From: a virus
Strand: one strand, 5' to 3'
IMG/VR virus record: IMGVR_UViG_3300045988_046651
Length of the DNA: 12,736 nucleotides
The notes under the pieces were generated by a model. That model saw only the letters and a program-made list of their open reading frames with translations, was not told where the DNA came from and searched no databases. The translations under genes and the position numbers were made by a program. Below are positions 12,369 through 12,736 of the stretch, one piece after another. The first letter of the stretch is position 1; each line of letters begins with the position of its first letter.

Positions 12369-12533
12369 TTAATCCTCCTCTATCATTCCGGATAAGATAA
12401 TTGCATCATCGTTCAGCTCGAAAAAGATCTTAGCAAGCTGGCTGGGCATCTCCCGGCCATCGTTAAGAGTTTGGATCAGATCTCTGGTGCTGCGGATTGC
12501 CGCGCGGATTACTTTAAGTTCAGTATTACTCAT
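12369..12533 (-). CDS. Unannotated small acidic ORF, 54 aa (MSNTELKVIRAAIRSTRDLIQTLNDGREMPSQLAKIFFELNDDAIILSGMIEED)
   Basis: Below the ORF-track cutoff. ATG at 12531-12533, 7 nt after the AGGAGGG that ends the right ITR. Its stop lies 2 nt before the next ORF. It is the first cistron of the right arm. Confidence 0.55.
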   Translation of the reverse strand: MSNTELKVIRAAIRSTRDLIQTLNDGREMPSQLAKIFFELNDDAIILSGMIEED

Positions 12534-12540
12534 GATATAC

Positions 12541-12736
12541 CCTCCTGCCCAGTGGGCTGTGTTTGGTTAGGCTTTCGCCTGGAACACCCTTATTATAATA
12601 TTATGTATGGCTCTTTTAAAATACTTCTTTCGTTATATGCTTATAGCAGGTTTGATATATCAAATTTGTTATATGGTTATAGCTATTGCGTTATATTGGT
12701 AGCCGTGCGAGCGAGGCCGGAGGCCGAGCGAGCCTT
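12541..12736. repeat. Right inverted terminal repeat (ITR)
   Basis: Reverse complement of 1-196 (183 bp perfect, 2 mismatches in the inner 13 bp). Confidence 0.97.
12592..12620 (-). promoter_or_regulatory. Putative inward-facing promoter inside the right ITR (drives the early right-arm genes)
   Basis: Mirror copy of 117-145. The 54-aa ORF starts 7 nt after the SD that terminates the ITR, so its promoter must lie within the ITR. Confidence 0.45.

Larger units (their letters stand above)
1..12736. mobile_element. Complete linear dsDNA genome of a small phi29-like (protein-primed, picovirus-type) podophage
   Basis: Both ends of the window are inverted copies of each other. The interior encodes pPolB, a gp16-type ATPase, phi29 gp10-like portal, capsid, tail knob and lysis genes. 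Two convergent transcription arms meet at one bidirectional terminator. Confidence 0.85.

Overview
This window is an entire 12,736-bp linear replicon, not a chromosome fragment. It is bounded by inverted terminal repeats (ITRs): 183 bp are perfect, and 196 bp match with a single CA/AC dinucleotide swap. The coding content is that of a miniature phi29-like (picovirus-type), protein-primed podophage.

The left arm (+ strand) carries a putative terminal protein and a family-B protein-primed DNA polymerase with all Exo and Pol motifs. The right arm (- strand) carries 18 tightly packed genes. In transcription order these are:
- two unannotated small ORFs (54 and 43 aa)
- an SSB-like protein ending in DNDIPF
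- a Dam-family N6-adenine methyltransferase
- a gp16-type packaging ATPase
- a BhlA-like holin
- a LytA-type amidase endolysin with one SPOR-like repeat
- a Pro-rich putative scaffold, major capsid protein, tail knob, portal/upper collar and a putative lower collar
- a fibre/appendage module

The two arms converge on a perfect bidirectional terminator at 2906-2934. Almost every gene has a strong AGGAGG-type Shine-Dalgarno (SD) sequence. The lysis genes look Gram-positive, so the host is probably a Firmicute. I found no integrase, repressor, tRNA or CRISPR array.

The most interesting non-coding signals are:
1. Each ITR carries an inward-facing promoter, leader hairpin and SD, plus an ordered direct repeat-palindrome-direct repeat array and a GC-rich tip.
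2. A back-to-back pair of perfect-consensus sigma-A promoters is embedded in the last codons of the ATPase gene. Their -35 boxes form an inverted repeat.
3. A 79-nt GC-rich three-way-junction RNA element begins at the predicted start site of the lysis/structural operon. It could be a 5' stabiliser, a lysis-timing riboregulator or a pRNA-like RNA.

All functional calls rest on motif recognition, synteny and recollection of family signatures. No database search was run.
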